Shown here piece after piece: positions 26,161-38,929 of a DNA stretch of 64,000 bases. The notes beneath the pieces are model-generated. The model made no database searches and was not told where the DNA came from. It saw only the letters and a list, made by a program, of their open reading frames with translations. Position 1 is the stretch's first letter. Each line of letters starts with the position of its first letter. Source of the DNA: Eledone cirrhosa (taxonomy: Eukaryota); assembly GCA_964016885.1 (NCBI GenBank), contig OZ024743.1, positions 245,520,001-245,584,000 of the forward strand. The letters are read 5' to 3'. Made by a program: the position numbers and the translations under genes.

Positions 26161-28559
26161 ATATTTATATAATAATAATAATGATATTATTTATAGTTAT
26201 GTATATACTATAAACAGGAAAGGTCAGTAATTTATTACTACCTTATTACCAGTAAGAGAAATAGCTCAATGTAAGAACATCAGGTGTTTTACAGAGCAGG
26301 AATATAAAATTACACAAATATCAAAGTTATGTTCAAATCATTTAATTGCTGACAATTGTTTCTTCCAAACTTTTGTTTGGAGTCATCGGAGCATTATCAA
26401 TGTTTGTACATATAATTAACCTCCTATTCAACGGAACAATGATATAGATACATATATATTGATGTTGTAAACAACAGTTTAGTATTTACAGGGTGTAATG
26501 GATGCGACATATATTATACGAGAATTGTACAATAATTAAAATTAAAATTAAAAGCACAGAGTGGAATACATGCGACAGATAATACAAGAGAATAGTATAA
26601 TAATTAAAGAGGCATTGAGGAAGAATGAGGACACTAGCAGTACATATGCAAGCGTGTAGAGAGTGCACATGCGTTAGTTATATATATGAGAAGGAAACAA
26701 GCAAAGGTATTAGGCATATATAAATATTGTATGGCAAGGTATTACATAAAATACAAACATTTTAAGCGAATATGTTAGTGTATTAAAATTATGGAGGATG
26801 TAATACGATGATAGTTTCTGTAGAGTTCAAATTTGTATGTGTTGAGAATATGAAAGTTATTGTTTTGCTATCCATTACATATGTTAAATTATATTTTAGT
26901 TAATGTTTATATTGAATGTTTTTAGTTAGTTACAACAATGGATTGTAAATTGGTCTTATTGTATTCTTATTCATGGATTACAGTTGTTCTACAGGGAGTT
27001 TTTCTAACGATTTAATTTTATAACGGTTTAATCCTAGTTCTATTTCTTTTTCCGCTTTTGGAATTATTGTAAGGTTTTCTATTATAGTTGTTAAAATTGT
27101 TAAAATAGTTAAAATTGTTACGATTATGGTTAGTTGTTATATTATTATTATTATTATCAATGTATTTAATTTTATTTCTATACCCAGCTCTACCTAACGC
27201 TTCGTTGTAATAATGTGCTTTTTCATCAAATATATTCTTATTATTCTGTTTATTTCTCTTATGGATATAAAATTAAGTTAAATATACGTAGAAAATTTCT
27301 ATACTAAATCTATTAAACATATTATTATTTTGAAATTATAACTTGAAATATTCTATAATATTTTTAAAGTTATATTGTTTTTAAAGTTATATTGCTTATA
27401 ATTATATTTCCAAATCGTAATATAATTCTTTTGTATTTTATGTACTTCAATTATACTATGTACTGTATTTATATATACTTCTCTCTCTATATGTGTGTAT
27501 ATGTATGTGTGTATATATATGCGTATGTGTGTATTGATATACATGTACATATGTTTTATGCGTGTATGTCTATCTGTATGTATATATATACGTGATGCGT
27601 ATCTACCTATTTGTGTGGGTACATATATGTATGTATATGTGGTAATTCTGTATGTATATGTATGTGTATATCCATACAATTCGATTGCACTTATTTATAG
27701 GGATTATCCCAAGATTTGTGACAAATAAACATATAATAACAGCCATAAATACATAACAGGTAATCTTATAAAACTTATATAAAAAAATTTGTTTAATAAC
27801 ATAAAGTGTGTATAACATAAAATTTCCTTTAATATCTTAACAATTGTAACATTGATATAACTAAATAACGTAATTTTCCTTCACGCTCCTTTGATATTAC
27901 ATTGAAATAACTTTCTCTGATTTTATAAGACTCCTATTATCTTAAATTAAAGAATCCTTTATATTGTGTATGTATATATTATATACGTAGTTTGATATGT
28001 ATATTTTTATACGTGTGTATATATATTTATATGTATGTATTTTTGCGTGTGTATACGTGTTATATAATATATAGATCTTTAACAATATAGTCTTAATAAT
28101 AATATATAGATTTCTTAATATATAGATCCCAATTTTAATGTATTGATCTCAATATTTAACTGATTAACTAAACATCTAATCATATTTAAACAATGGTTAA
28201 ATTTCTCATATTATATATGTATATTCCATTCATGATTATTAACATTTCTAATTTTATTTATTCATTTCATCTCAAATGTGAAGATAACTCAACAAGATAT
28301 GACTTTTTTTTCGTTCTCTCTCCTTTTCTCTGTCTCCCCTCTCTCTCTCTCTCTCTCTCTATCTTTTTCTCTCTGTTGTTCTGCTCTTTCTCTCTCTTTC
28401 TCTCTCTCCGTAACCCAACGGCTTATTTAAAAATATCCAATACTAACTTACCTAATAATATAATTAAAGTTATAACTCCACTATCCGGGAGCTTCCAACA
28501 GTAATGGTTGCATTCTTTAAGGGTATGTCAATGTTTATTTGTAAAACTGCTCTATATTG

Positions 28560-28624
28560 TATTTTATCTGACGAAAGCACACCATATTTTAGCTTGGTGT
28601 CCTTGAAATATGTATAATGAAATA
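28560..28624 (+). ncRNA. Minimal hammerhead (AT-rich PLE 3'-end family)
   Basis: tattttat-CTGACGA-aag.acacca/tggtgt.ctt-GAAA-tatgta-TA-atgaaata. Confidence 0.82.
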
Positions 28625-28688
28625 AATATGGTTTTATAAATATAGTTTCCATTTGTTAATATCGTATATATATATATATATGTGTGTG

Positions 28689-28707
28689 TATATATATAAA
28701 ATTAAGT

Positions 28708-28760
<53 letters not shown>

Positions 28761-29731
28761 TGTATTACCTATAGGGGCCTAAATCTTACGACCGATTTTC
28801 ATGAAACTTTACAGGCTCATAGATTAGTCATCGGGGAGTGTTTTCTATATATCAGCGTATCGTTTTTTTTTTTATTCCAGGGTCATTCTGCAGATAAAAA
28901 TCGATAGGGGGGGGGGGGGGGGTCACCTTTTTTTTAGGTATCGAAAAATAAGATTTTTGACTCTAGCTCTCACATTTTGCCACCGATTTCGTTCAAATTT
29001 TAAAGCGAAATAAAATTTATCATTGCACATCCTGTAATGGCTTTATATTTTTCATTTGTTGTTCAGCCGCTTAAATATTCAAAAATACCACTTTTAGACT
29101 CAAATTTCCACTTTTTCGGCTCTAGCTCCCACATTAATCAACTTTCTTTGTTCAAATTTTACACTACGCTACATCTGATTATTTCACGTCTTAACGTGGC
29201 TTTATATTTTGGATTTTTGTTCAAGAACGGCGTGGCAGCCGCTTAAATATTCGAAAATACCACCTTTTCGCTCAAATTTCCGCCTTTTCGGCTCTAGCTC
29301 CCACATTTTTCAACCGATTTCGTTCAAATTCGAAACTTCGGCTCCAACTCACACATAAATCAATTTATTTGGTTCAACTTTTATACTACGATAGAACCTA
29401 TCATTGCACATCTTATAGATGGTGGTCAAAAGCAAAACGATGGCCACTGACGTCGTCTGAGCTTTTAGTTGTGTATTTGAGAATTCATCGGTTTCCAATC
29501 AAGTAGCGTGAGGAAATTTGGCTTAGTGTTAGAGGTCATTACCTCCCTCCCCCAGCATGCCCCTTCGTCAGTCACCCGCGTTTCTCAGTGATAGAGGTCA
29601 TCACCATCCTCACCCGCATGGTCTGTGTGTGGCCATAATTGAGTCATCGAGAAGCAGTCGCTAAGATCAACACCTTTTCATCAAAGCAGATATTATTTTA
29701 CCTACCCAGGCAACGCTGGGTACTGCTGCTA

Positions 29732-29732
<1 letters not shown>
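28689..29732 (+). mobile_element. Non-autonomous Helitron
   Basis: 3' hairpin cccag-gcaacg-ctggg followed by CTAG|T at 29729-29733. Microsatellite near the 5' end and internal repeats. Confidence 0.7.
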
Positions 29733-29772
<40 letters not shown>

Positions 29773-30489
29773 CTATTCTTCTGTACACAGGAAAACAAGA
29801 GATTATCGTTATATATCTGGGAGATTTTGTTTCCTCATCAGAAGATAGCTACTCGTATGATTCTGTATACAGAGGAATATTACTATAGCAACTCTATATA
29901 TGTTAAGAATGATAGACATCACACCACCCGCTCTGTCTTCCTCTATTCCTCCCTTCTTACCTTTTTTATACCTCGTTGTCATTCTTCTCCGTCTGCGCGT
30001 TGGACTAGTCATTATTATTCTCTTGTTTTACTTTTTCTCTCCTTTCTATATTTTTTCACGTTTGGTTAAGCCCTCGTGCACCGTTCCCTCCCTTCTTTGT
30101 CAGTTGACGCACTTGGGATGTTTTTTCTTCTATTTGTGTAATTCGCCTAAAGGCACAACTTGTTTCTAATTGTTTGGTTATGTCCCAATGTGTACTGCAA
30201 TGAATGGTACAACCTTAAAATAACCGAAACATAGTCAATTTCTGCGGTTGACTGAGATGGGATTGTTCGTCTTTCCGTTGTTTTTTCAAATGTCTTTGTT
30301 ATGTGCGCCCCCTATTTTGAATGTGTGTGTGTGTGTGTGTGTGTGTGTCATTTAGCCATTAAGAAAATCATAAACGATGTATTCACTTTTCTTTTATTCC
30401 TTTTGTAGACCAATGTTTTGTAGAATTCTCTGCGACTTGGTTACTGACACAAATTCATCTGCAACAGAATTACAATTCTTCTCGCACCC

Positions 30490-30600
30490 CACTTTCCACT
30501 CGTATGTTATTTATTGACTCCGAAAAGATAAAAGGCAAAGTTGACCTCGGTAGGATTTGAACTCACCACAGAAACCCCCAAAATACCGCAATGTTCTGCC
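30490..30600 (-). mobile_element. tRNA-derived SINE fragment
   Basis: B box gagttcaaatcc on the minus strand. The block aaggcaaagttgacctcg is shared with 30885 and 41480. Confidence 0.7.
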
Positions 30601-30884
30601 AATTTGCTGTGTGTACCCTTTTCAGTTGACTGTATCATCATTACCGGATTCCAGGACACCCTATGTGCTTCCGGGCATCAAATCTTAAAAGCATTTTACA
30701 GTGTATTTTCATGTTTTCTAAAACATTAGTTTTGTTTCATTGCTCCCTCTCTCTTCCATTTTGTTTCGTCATGACCGTAATTCCTGATGGAGTAGTAGGA
30801 CATTTTAAACTTGGTGGAGTCCAGTCTCTCTTCAAGTCTGAACATTTCAGAGAAGGAGAGAGGAAGAGGAAGTGAGAAAGAGAT

Positions 30885-31040
30885 ATAGTGGAAGAATTGA
30901 CCCAGTACTAGACTAGTACTATTTTCATCGACCCCAAAAGCATGAAAGACAAAGTTGACCTCGGCGGGATCTGAATTCAGAGCACAGAGAACTGGAGCGA
31001 ATACCACGAAACATTCTAACGACTTTCTCAATTCACCGAC
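30885..31040 (-). mobile_element. tRNA-derived SINE (same family)
   Basis: gacccag..tact..atcgacccc.aa.g.atgaaag.caaagttgacctcggcgg.at.tgaa.tcag. Confidence 0.7.
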
Positions 31041-31056
31041 TACATTTTATAATATA

Positions 31057-31976
31057 ATAGCAGTGGTACCCGGCGTTGCACGGGATAAGTTATTTTGGAA
31101 CGCGGGCCGCCAACAGACCTAATCGTGGAAAAACTGCATGCCTGGACAATATGTAAAGAAAATAAACGAATACTCTGATGGCTGGATAATCTTTAAGATT
31201 TTCCTCGATGAAGCAGGGAAAATGCAGGTTTTCACCTAATGCGGACCCTAGGGACCAAGAAAATGAATTTTTTTTATGTGCATAATATGCCTTGAAATTT
31301 CGGGAAAATCGGCTAGACGTAACGCCTCAAAAAAGCCCTAAGAGGCTTTACAAATGAAGTTTTTCACCTAATGCGTGCCCTAGGCCATAAAAAAAGTTGG
31401 ATTTTCTTTGCTCACGGTATGAAGAAGAGACTGACTAATACATAGTTACAATTTCAAGGAAATCAGTCTGATGTAACGACTCAAAAACCCCCCTAAAAAC
31501 CTGAAAAAACGCAGTTTTTCACCTAAGGGATCAAAAAGTTGAATTTTTTTATGTGCATAACACTCCCTGAAAAATAAGTAATACACATGTAAAGTTTGAA
31601 AAAAGGTCAGTTGGGTACTTCTCAAGTTTTAGGGATTCAAACTCACAGACACGCACACACACACAGACAGAAATCCTCAGGGAAGTGACGTAATGCAGAC
31701 AGTCAGACATACAGACAGATATTATAAGGGCGCGACGTTATATGTGTGTATCTATCTAAAAATAGAAAGACTAAGAATTATAGAGAGAGATCGCTAAATC
31801 ACCTAATGCGGTCCCTAGGGCATTGAAAGTTTGGAATTTGTTTTGCCCAGAACACTCCCTGAAACATAAGTATTACACGTGTAAAGTTTGAAAACAGTCG
31901 GTTGGGTGGTTCTCGAGTTTTAGGGATTCAAACTCACACACACACACACAGACATCCTCAGTTTTATATATAGAGA
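31057..31976 (-). mobile_element. Non-autonomous Helitron
   Basis: Minus strand has a 5' A|TCTCTATATA start and a 3' hairpin cccg-tgcaacgc-cggg plus CTA(T). Internal repeats tttcacctaatgcg are present. A related fragment lies at ~11510-11630. Confidence 0.7.
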
Positions 31977-32151
31977 TTTTGTATTTAATATCTACTAGAC
32001 CACCTATGACCCATTGGGTCACGTTCCCTTAAAAATATTTTTTTTAAAATCAAGTTCACTTAAAAATAATTTTTAAATAATTAAAATATACACAGACATG
32101 TATATAATGTGAAATGAAACTGGAAAGCCCATATATATACGTGTGTGAATG

Positions 32152-32200
<49 letters not shown>

Positions 32201-32204
<4 letters not shown>

Positions 32205-32856
32205 TAGAAATATAAGCTATCACCGTATTTTTGACTAAAGACATTTTTAGCAAGATAGTGGGGTTTAGAACCCTAAGAGAAATGGAAAAAGATGAGTATT
32301 GACGTACATGGGAGCCGAACCCACATCTTTGGTTATCCAGACCACTGTGCTACCAAAACATCACCCATCTCCTTCCATTCAAATTAGAAGTTACATTCTT
32401 AGCAAGTAAATGACAAGTAAGTATGTTTTGAAACAGTGAGCGAGTTTGAAATTAGAAATATAAGATATCACCGTATTTTTGACTAAAGAAATTTTTAGCC
32501 TGATAGTGGGGTTTAGAACCCTCAGAGAAATGGAAAAATACGGTGATAGCTTATATTTCTAATTTCAAACTCGCTCACTGTTTCAAAACATACTTACTTG
32601 TCATTTACTTGCTAAGAATGTAGCTTCTAATTTGAATGGAAGGAGATGGGTGATGTGTTGGTGTAATGGTAGCACAGTGGTCTGGATAACCAAAGATGTG
32701 GGTTCGACTCCCATGTACTTTAATACTCATCTTTTTCCATTTCTCTGAGGGTTCTAAACCCCACTATCAGGCTAAACATTTCTTTAGTCAAAAATACGGT
32801 GATAGCTTATATTTCTAATTTCAAACTCGCTCACTGTTTCAAAACATACTTACTTA
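32201..32856. mobile_element. ~250-bp tandem and fold-back unit carrying a tRNA-like module, in (TA)n
   Basis: The left arm 32201-32537 and right arm ~32535-32856 are reverse complements. Each arm is about 1.3 units long. Confidence 0.8.
32652..32722 (+). tRNA. tRNA-derived pseudogene or module (Gln-like D arm)
   Basis: A box TGGTGTAATGGT, D stem gtgt/gcac, stem tggt/acca, T arm gtggg-TTCGACT-cccat and downstream TTTTT. The acceptor stem is weak and the anticodon loop atypical. Confidence 0.6.
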
Positions 32857-32868
32857 ATATATATATAT

Positions 32869-33064
32869 AACGAAGGACGTGTGGTAAGAAACCAAGTGGC
32901 CCATAACGCATCAGAGTACTCGATACTTTGGGTAGTAGAGTGGGTAATAGGAAAAGAGTCAGGATCCCGAAGGTAGAGCTCAAGCCGTTTCGACAGCTAT
33001 TTCTGGACTGAAATAGCTGTCGAAACGGCTTGAGCTTTGCAGTCGGGGTCCTGACTCTTTTCCT
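32869..33064 (-). mobile_element. ~190-bp fold-back element with the 3' half of a hammerhead
   Basis: Inverted arms ~32948-33003 and 33010-33065. Diverged relative of 54621-54810. Confidence 0.75.
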
Positions 33065-33159
33065 ATATATTTTATTAGGAACGATCGACTTTCTTCAAAT
33101 CGGACCGAGGGAACAATGTTTCCGTTGGTCTTTCCAATTGCTAATACTATCTATCGGTC

Positions 33160-33295
33160 GCAACTCCAGGTAGAAGGAGCAACGTGAAATAAAGTGTCTT
33201 GCTGAAGGACATAACGCATCGCCTGGTCCAGGAATCGAACTCACAACCTTACGATTGCGAATCCAATTCTCTAACCACTCAGCCACACGCCTTCA
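33160..33295 (-). mobile_element. tRNA-derived CORE-like SINE
   Basis: A box TGGCTGAGTGG, B box GAGTTCGATTCC, then gtccttcagcaagacacttta. Confidence 0.8.
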
Positions 33296-33300
33296 CTATT

Positions 33301-33495
<195 letters not shown>

Positions 33496-33812
33496 ACAGG
33501 GAGAAAGAGACGATTATGAGGAAGAAAAATATATTTTTTTCCTTTTTTCTTTCTCTCTCTCTCTTTTCTGGGATAGAAAATGATTAAAACGAAATGTTTT
33601 ACTTTGTGTGAAGTGTTAAGGTATTAGTTGATTTATTTATTATTTAACAATGGCATTTATTTATCTATTTATATATTTAATTATTGTCTATTACCGGTTT
33701 CAGCATTTATATGCATTATCAAATGATAGTGAAATGTATTAGTGTGGTGTCGCACATGTTAAACAGAAGGTGCAGAAAGAATAATGTTATATACAAACAA
33801 GGTTTAAGAAGT

Positions 33813-33890
33813 GAAAAGAAAAAAGAAAAAAGAAAAAAGAAAAAAGAAAAAAGAAAAAAGAAAAAAGAAAAAAGAAAAAAGAAAAAAAAA
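33813..33890. repeat. (GAAAAAA)n heptamer repeat
   Basis: Read directly from the sequence. Confidence 0.95.
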
Positions 33891-33991
33891 CGTGCATAAT
33901 GTGGAACGTAAAAAAGTCAATGAGGAAGAAAAAATAATGTTATTTACAAGCACAGTCATTGAAGTATACACACACACACATATATATACAT

Positions 33992-34045
<54 letters not shown>

Positions 34046-35319
34046 GTGTGTGTATATGTATATATATATGTATGTGTGTGTGTATATATATATATGTGTG
34101 TGTATATATGTGTGTATATATATATGTGGTCATCGACACACACACACACACATATATATATATAACACACTCACATATATATACACAACACCACCAGCTC
34201 TCTCTCTATATCGCTCTCTCTCTCTTCCATTGTCCATATCTATCTCCTCTCCCTCTCTCTATGTCTCTCTTTCAATCTCTCTCTCTCAGCCCCCCCCCTC
34301 CTCTCCCTCTCTCTCTCTCTGTTTATGAAGGTACCCGGAAAAACCCCATATCTTGGGAACACGTGCTCCGATTTACACAAAACTTGTTTTATTCCATTTG
34401 TATTCCCATTTCAGGACAACTTTCAAAGTATTTTCCCATTATGCGTCCTTTTGGCTGTATTACATTAGAGACAAGCAAGCAAGCAAGCAATCACAGACTT
34501 TTAGTATTATATAGAAGATAAACAACATTCGTAATATATATTTTTATCGGTGTATTGTACAGTTAATGGTATTACGGTAATTTTCCTTTGTTTTATAACA
34601 ATAGTCTTGTCTTTGGGATGAATATGCCTCTCCCGCGGGGACAGACTTAACGCGTATCTTTTGCATGGATCAAATTAATTGCTTCGGTTTGCTGTCATTA
34701 TGTTGCATGCAGAGAATTTCATACCAATTCAGTTTACATATCTATTTCTTAATTTAATTCTGAAAGCCCTGTCGGGCAAATAGAGTACGCTTTGAGATAT
34801 GCTGAATAACAGAATAACAATTATATTTGGAACATACTTTATACGTTCTATAGACATGTAGATATGTGCATATAATGTGTGTATCTGTGTGTGCATGTGC
34901 CTTTGACAAGAGTAATGTCTGACCTAAGTAGATATCGGCCAGTCGTTACGACCGTCTGTGAAACAAACTGTCATGTCGCCAATAGACCGGGTGTCCCACT
35001 GCTGGTGGCCAAATGTTTTCGTTTGCTCCAGCACAATGACAGAAGCACCTCAAACAAAACAAACGCATTTTTTTCTTCTTGCAGTGATCGGCAACGGGGC
35101 CAAGCTGTCGGATATGGCTCAACCGACAGTTGGTAGCTCCAATCCGACACAGGGAGGCCATGGTGTAATCGTCGTTGCTTTACTGAACTGGAGTGTTAGC
35201 GGACCCTGGCAACTGCCATGGTGGCCGATCAGCCCTTTAAAAGTGTACCACTGGTTGCTCCCATGTGGACGGACCTTGAAAATGTGGTCTAAAAAATTGC
35301 TCGTTCTAAACCTATGCTG

Positions 35320-36850
35320 ATCGCAAATGGTGGCTAGCCCCCCAAAATACCTGTCTACTGTCTATATAGTTGTATGCTACATGGAATATTAGCACATTAC
35401 TGGACTGAAAGCGGACCTGAACATCGTACTGCTATGGTAGATCTTGAACTCAAAGGATACAATTTTGACATTGCCAGCCTACAGGAAACTTCTGTATCCG
35501 GTGCAGGACAACTCGTAGAAACCTCAGTCGGCTACACTTTAACCTGGAAAGGTTATCCGGAAGACCAGCCCTGCATTCACGGTTAGGGATCGTGATGAAA
35601 ACATCAAGAGTCGTGAGCAAGCACCACAGGGCCACTCAGAAACACTAATGTCCTGTCGAGTCAGGTTGAGGAATAAAAAGTTCTTAACTATTATTCCCGC
35701 CTCGGCGCTTACTCTTGACAGTCCCATGTGTTTTATGTAGATTTGCATAAATTGTCGACAACGTTCCCACTTAGGACAAACTCACGATTCTCAGTTATCT
35801 GAATGTCTGTATGAATAGAGACTGCAGCATTTGGAAAGGTGGCTGCGTTTTCTGTCATGAATTCATTGGCCATAACTATCACTGTCTATCAAGAGAAGAT
35901 CATGTATAAGATCTAGCAGCATCCGCCGCGATCTCGCCACTGACACGTTATTGACTATATTATTATTAAACAACGAGACTTGAATTAATTCATGATCATA
36001 AAAGACGATATTGTCCTTGTTTACAAGAAAAGCGATAAATCAGTGTATGATAACTACAGGGTAATCTTACTTTTATCAGCAAGCGGTAAAATACTATCGC
36101 GAAAATCCGGACGCGACCCACTGAATTATGTGACAATACATACAGGCTTCCGGAGTCTTAGTGCAATTTCCGACCAGGCAAGAGCACTGCTGACATGGTG
36201 CTCACACTATGCCAATTTCAGGAGAAATACACCGAGCAACAGAATCAAATATTTATATTATAATTTGAGCTGATCAAGGCCTTTAACTACGACAACAAAG
36301 CCACACTATGGGAAGTGCTTGACAGGCTGGGCAACTTTAAGATATTTGAGTCAATTATCGGCATAATGAGGACCGTCAAGCATGCATCTGACAACACAAC
36401 CGATTAAAGATGTGTACTGGAACCCACATTGTCCACAACGTGTCCCAGTGCAGTGTTAGAGGTAGCAGCAAAGAACTCTATTTTCAAAAGAGGTGTGAAT
36501 TTGATATGCAGAGTGGAAGCCTGGCTAATGTTCTGCATGAAGTTACTGTCCAATTCGACCCCGACATAAATGACTGTATGGTCTAAGCATCAAGGCTTGC
36601 TGCAGTGCTAACACTCAGCATTTTTATAAATGGACATACAGCCCAATGCGTTGAAAAATTGTGTATACCTCGGTAGCAATATAAATCACGAAGGAAGGTA
36701 GCGCCAATAAAGAAATAAAGCGACGAATTCACAGCAAAATTCCATTGTCCAACTGGGAATAAGCATCAAAACACCGATAAGTGTGAAAGACATACCAGTA
36801 ATTTTACCAAAAAGAAACTAGAGTGGAAGTCATTTAGAAGAGGTCCCATC
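35320..36850 (+). mobile_element. Highly degenerate RTE-clade LINE
   Basis: PEHRTAMV..EL..YNFDIASLQET..G.GQL.E..GYT..WKG (APE) and IVLVYKK.DKS..DNYR.I.LLS..GKIL (RT). Confidence 0.8.
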
Positions 36851-37294
36851 ATATCATCTGTTCACAAATTTGGAATCAATACATCAGCATACTTGTATGT
36901 TTTTCATACTTGATGTAATCGTCCCTAAGTGGCGTGTTTTGAAATTTGTCTGTTTGTTCTGAGGAGAAGGATCTGGTCGTACTATCGATTAATACCACGT
37001 ACTTCTATTAATTGAAATATTAATAGTACGTACGTTTATTGATTTAATTTTGACCTCTTCCTTCGAAACAATTGTAAACTAATAAACACCTTTTCATGAA
37101 TTTTGGTTGAATTTCTCTAATTATACCTTTGATATTTACGCTCTGCCTATATATTTAATGCTTGGCTTAAGCTATGTTTTGCCTTCTCTAAACACTTGTC
37201 TTGCATGTAATACACATTGAGCACATTGCCCTCCTTGCTACTGGCATTTAATTTTCACAAACTAATCTTTACACTCTCTTCTTGGATTGGATTG

Positions 37295-37773
37295 TATACT
37301 TACCTATGAAAGGACGGTTATATGATGCCTGTGTAAGATGTGCGATGCTGCATGGTAGTGAGACATGGGAAGCAACTGCAGAGGGTATGCGATGGCTGGA
37401 GAGAAATGAAGCAGGCATGCTCCGTTGGATGTGCAATGTCGATGTGCGTGAACGACCAAGCATAGACGAGTTGAGAAAGAAATTGTGTAAAAGAGGGATA
37501 AGTTGTAGTGTGCAGGGGAGAAGACTGAGATGGTATGGACATGTGATGCGCATGGAGGATGACCGCTGAGTGCCAAGAAATCCCAGTAGAAGGAAGACAC
37601 AGTAGAGGAAGACCACGGAAAACATGGGCGGAGGTGGAGAGAGCAGACCTCAGATCGCTGAAACTGACGGAGGAGATGACGAAGGACCGTGACAAGTGGA
37701 GAGATGCTGTGCTGATTAGGACCCGTCCCACCCTTGAAAGCATGGAAAAGCGGACGTAAAATGATGATGATGA

Positions 37774-37777
<4 letters not shown>
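37295..37777 (+). mobile_element. RTE-clade LINE 3' fragment with (GAT)n tail
   Basis: [31 protein letters not shown] and RGRPRKTW. Confidence 0.88.
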
Positions 37778-37827
<50 letters not shown>

Positions 37828-38122
37828 GCACACAAGCTTTAATGGAGTTGATATGTAGCAGTAATTTGATACTCTCTTCAATAGGGTTATTCGGTCTATT
37901 AAGCAGCCAACAAAACCTTGACCTCCAAAACTTGATGACAAGGCAGAGTTGTTTCGCTTTATCTCGGGTAGGCGCCAGTGGTCTGGTTACCTTGGGGTTA
38001 AACGTGATAAGTTTTTCTCTAGGTCATTCCAATCTGGTTTCTCGGAAGAGAAGGGTCATTTCGAGTTGCTGAGAGGATTTCAAGTAGTTAAGATGTAGTC
38101 CACTGTCTCGCACAGACCCTGT

Positions 38123-38185
<63 letters not shown>

Positions 38186-38929
38186 ACTGCCAGACAAACG
38201 ACCATCATCTCATTAAAAAAACATCGCTACATTCAACCTTGCTACACATCTCATTGCTACAGATATACATCTCGCTTTTGAATTTGCGTTTCCTCAGTCG
38301 TCAATATGTTAGAAAATGGCCGGCCTTTGGTTTGCAAGAAAAGACGTGAATTGAAAGGTATCTGTGTGTGGAGGTAGAAAGAAGTACAGAAACAAAGTAA
38401 GGGTAACAGCCATTCTATTTTATAATCTTGTTACTTTTAGTCATCCACCAGTACTTGCGAATTGTATATTTCGAAGAATACCGTGTCTAAAGTTGAAGCA
38501 GCTTGATAGGTGGTATCAATCACAATGATTTCCCCTCGAAATATTCTTAGTATTCTTTTTATTCTTTTATTATTTCACTCTTTTCAGTCACTAGACTGAA
38601 GATTGTATTATCATATAACCATTTTATTTCTATCATTTTAATAACAAATAAATAAAATAACATTACAGTGATATTTTTCAAGGAGTAATTCTAGCTTGGT
38701 ATTAAAACGTACGTGCTAACATAATGTCTCTATTGAATTCATTCTTGTTGTTATATATACACTCAAGTGATAGCTAATCATTCAAGCAACATGTCTAAAC
38801 GATCTCATTGGAATAGAATTGTCCATAATTCAACTCAAACATAAAATCAAGAACAAAAACAATATGTGAAACACAGTTGAATTATTACACAGCTTCTTGT
38901 ATCTTAACTGTTGCAGAAACTATAATGTA

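Noticed and set aside
29772-29850. Minus-strand CTGATGA with plausible stems I and II
   Set aside because: There is no GAAA after stem II. At best this is a dead hammerhead remnant.
32490-32535. CTGATAG-hairpin-GAGAAA as a hammerhead
   Set aside because: The core is non-canonical and no stem I or III pairing is found.
37930-37965. Minus-strand GAAAC..GTC stem III-like motif
   Set aside because: No matching CUGANGA half was found.
38245-38360. Possible small host exon (cag| ... aag|gtatct)
   Set aside because: It is short, has no recognisable protein similarity and has no partner exons.
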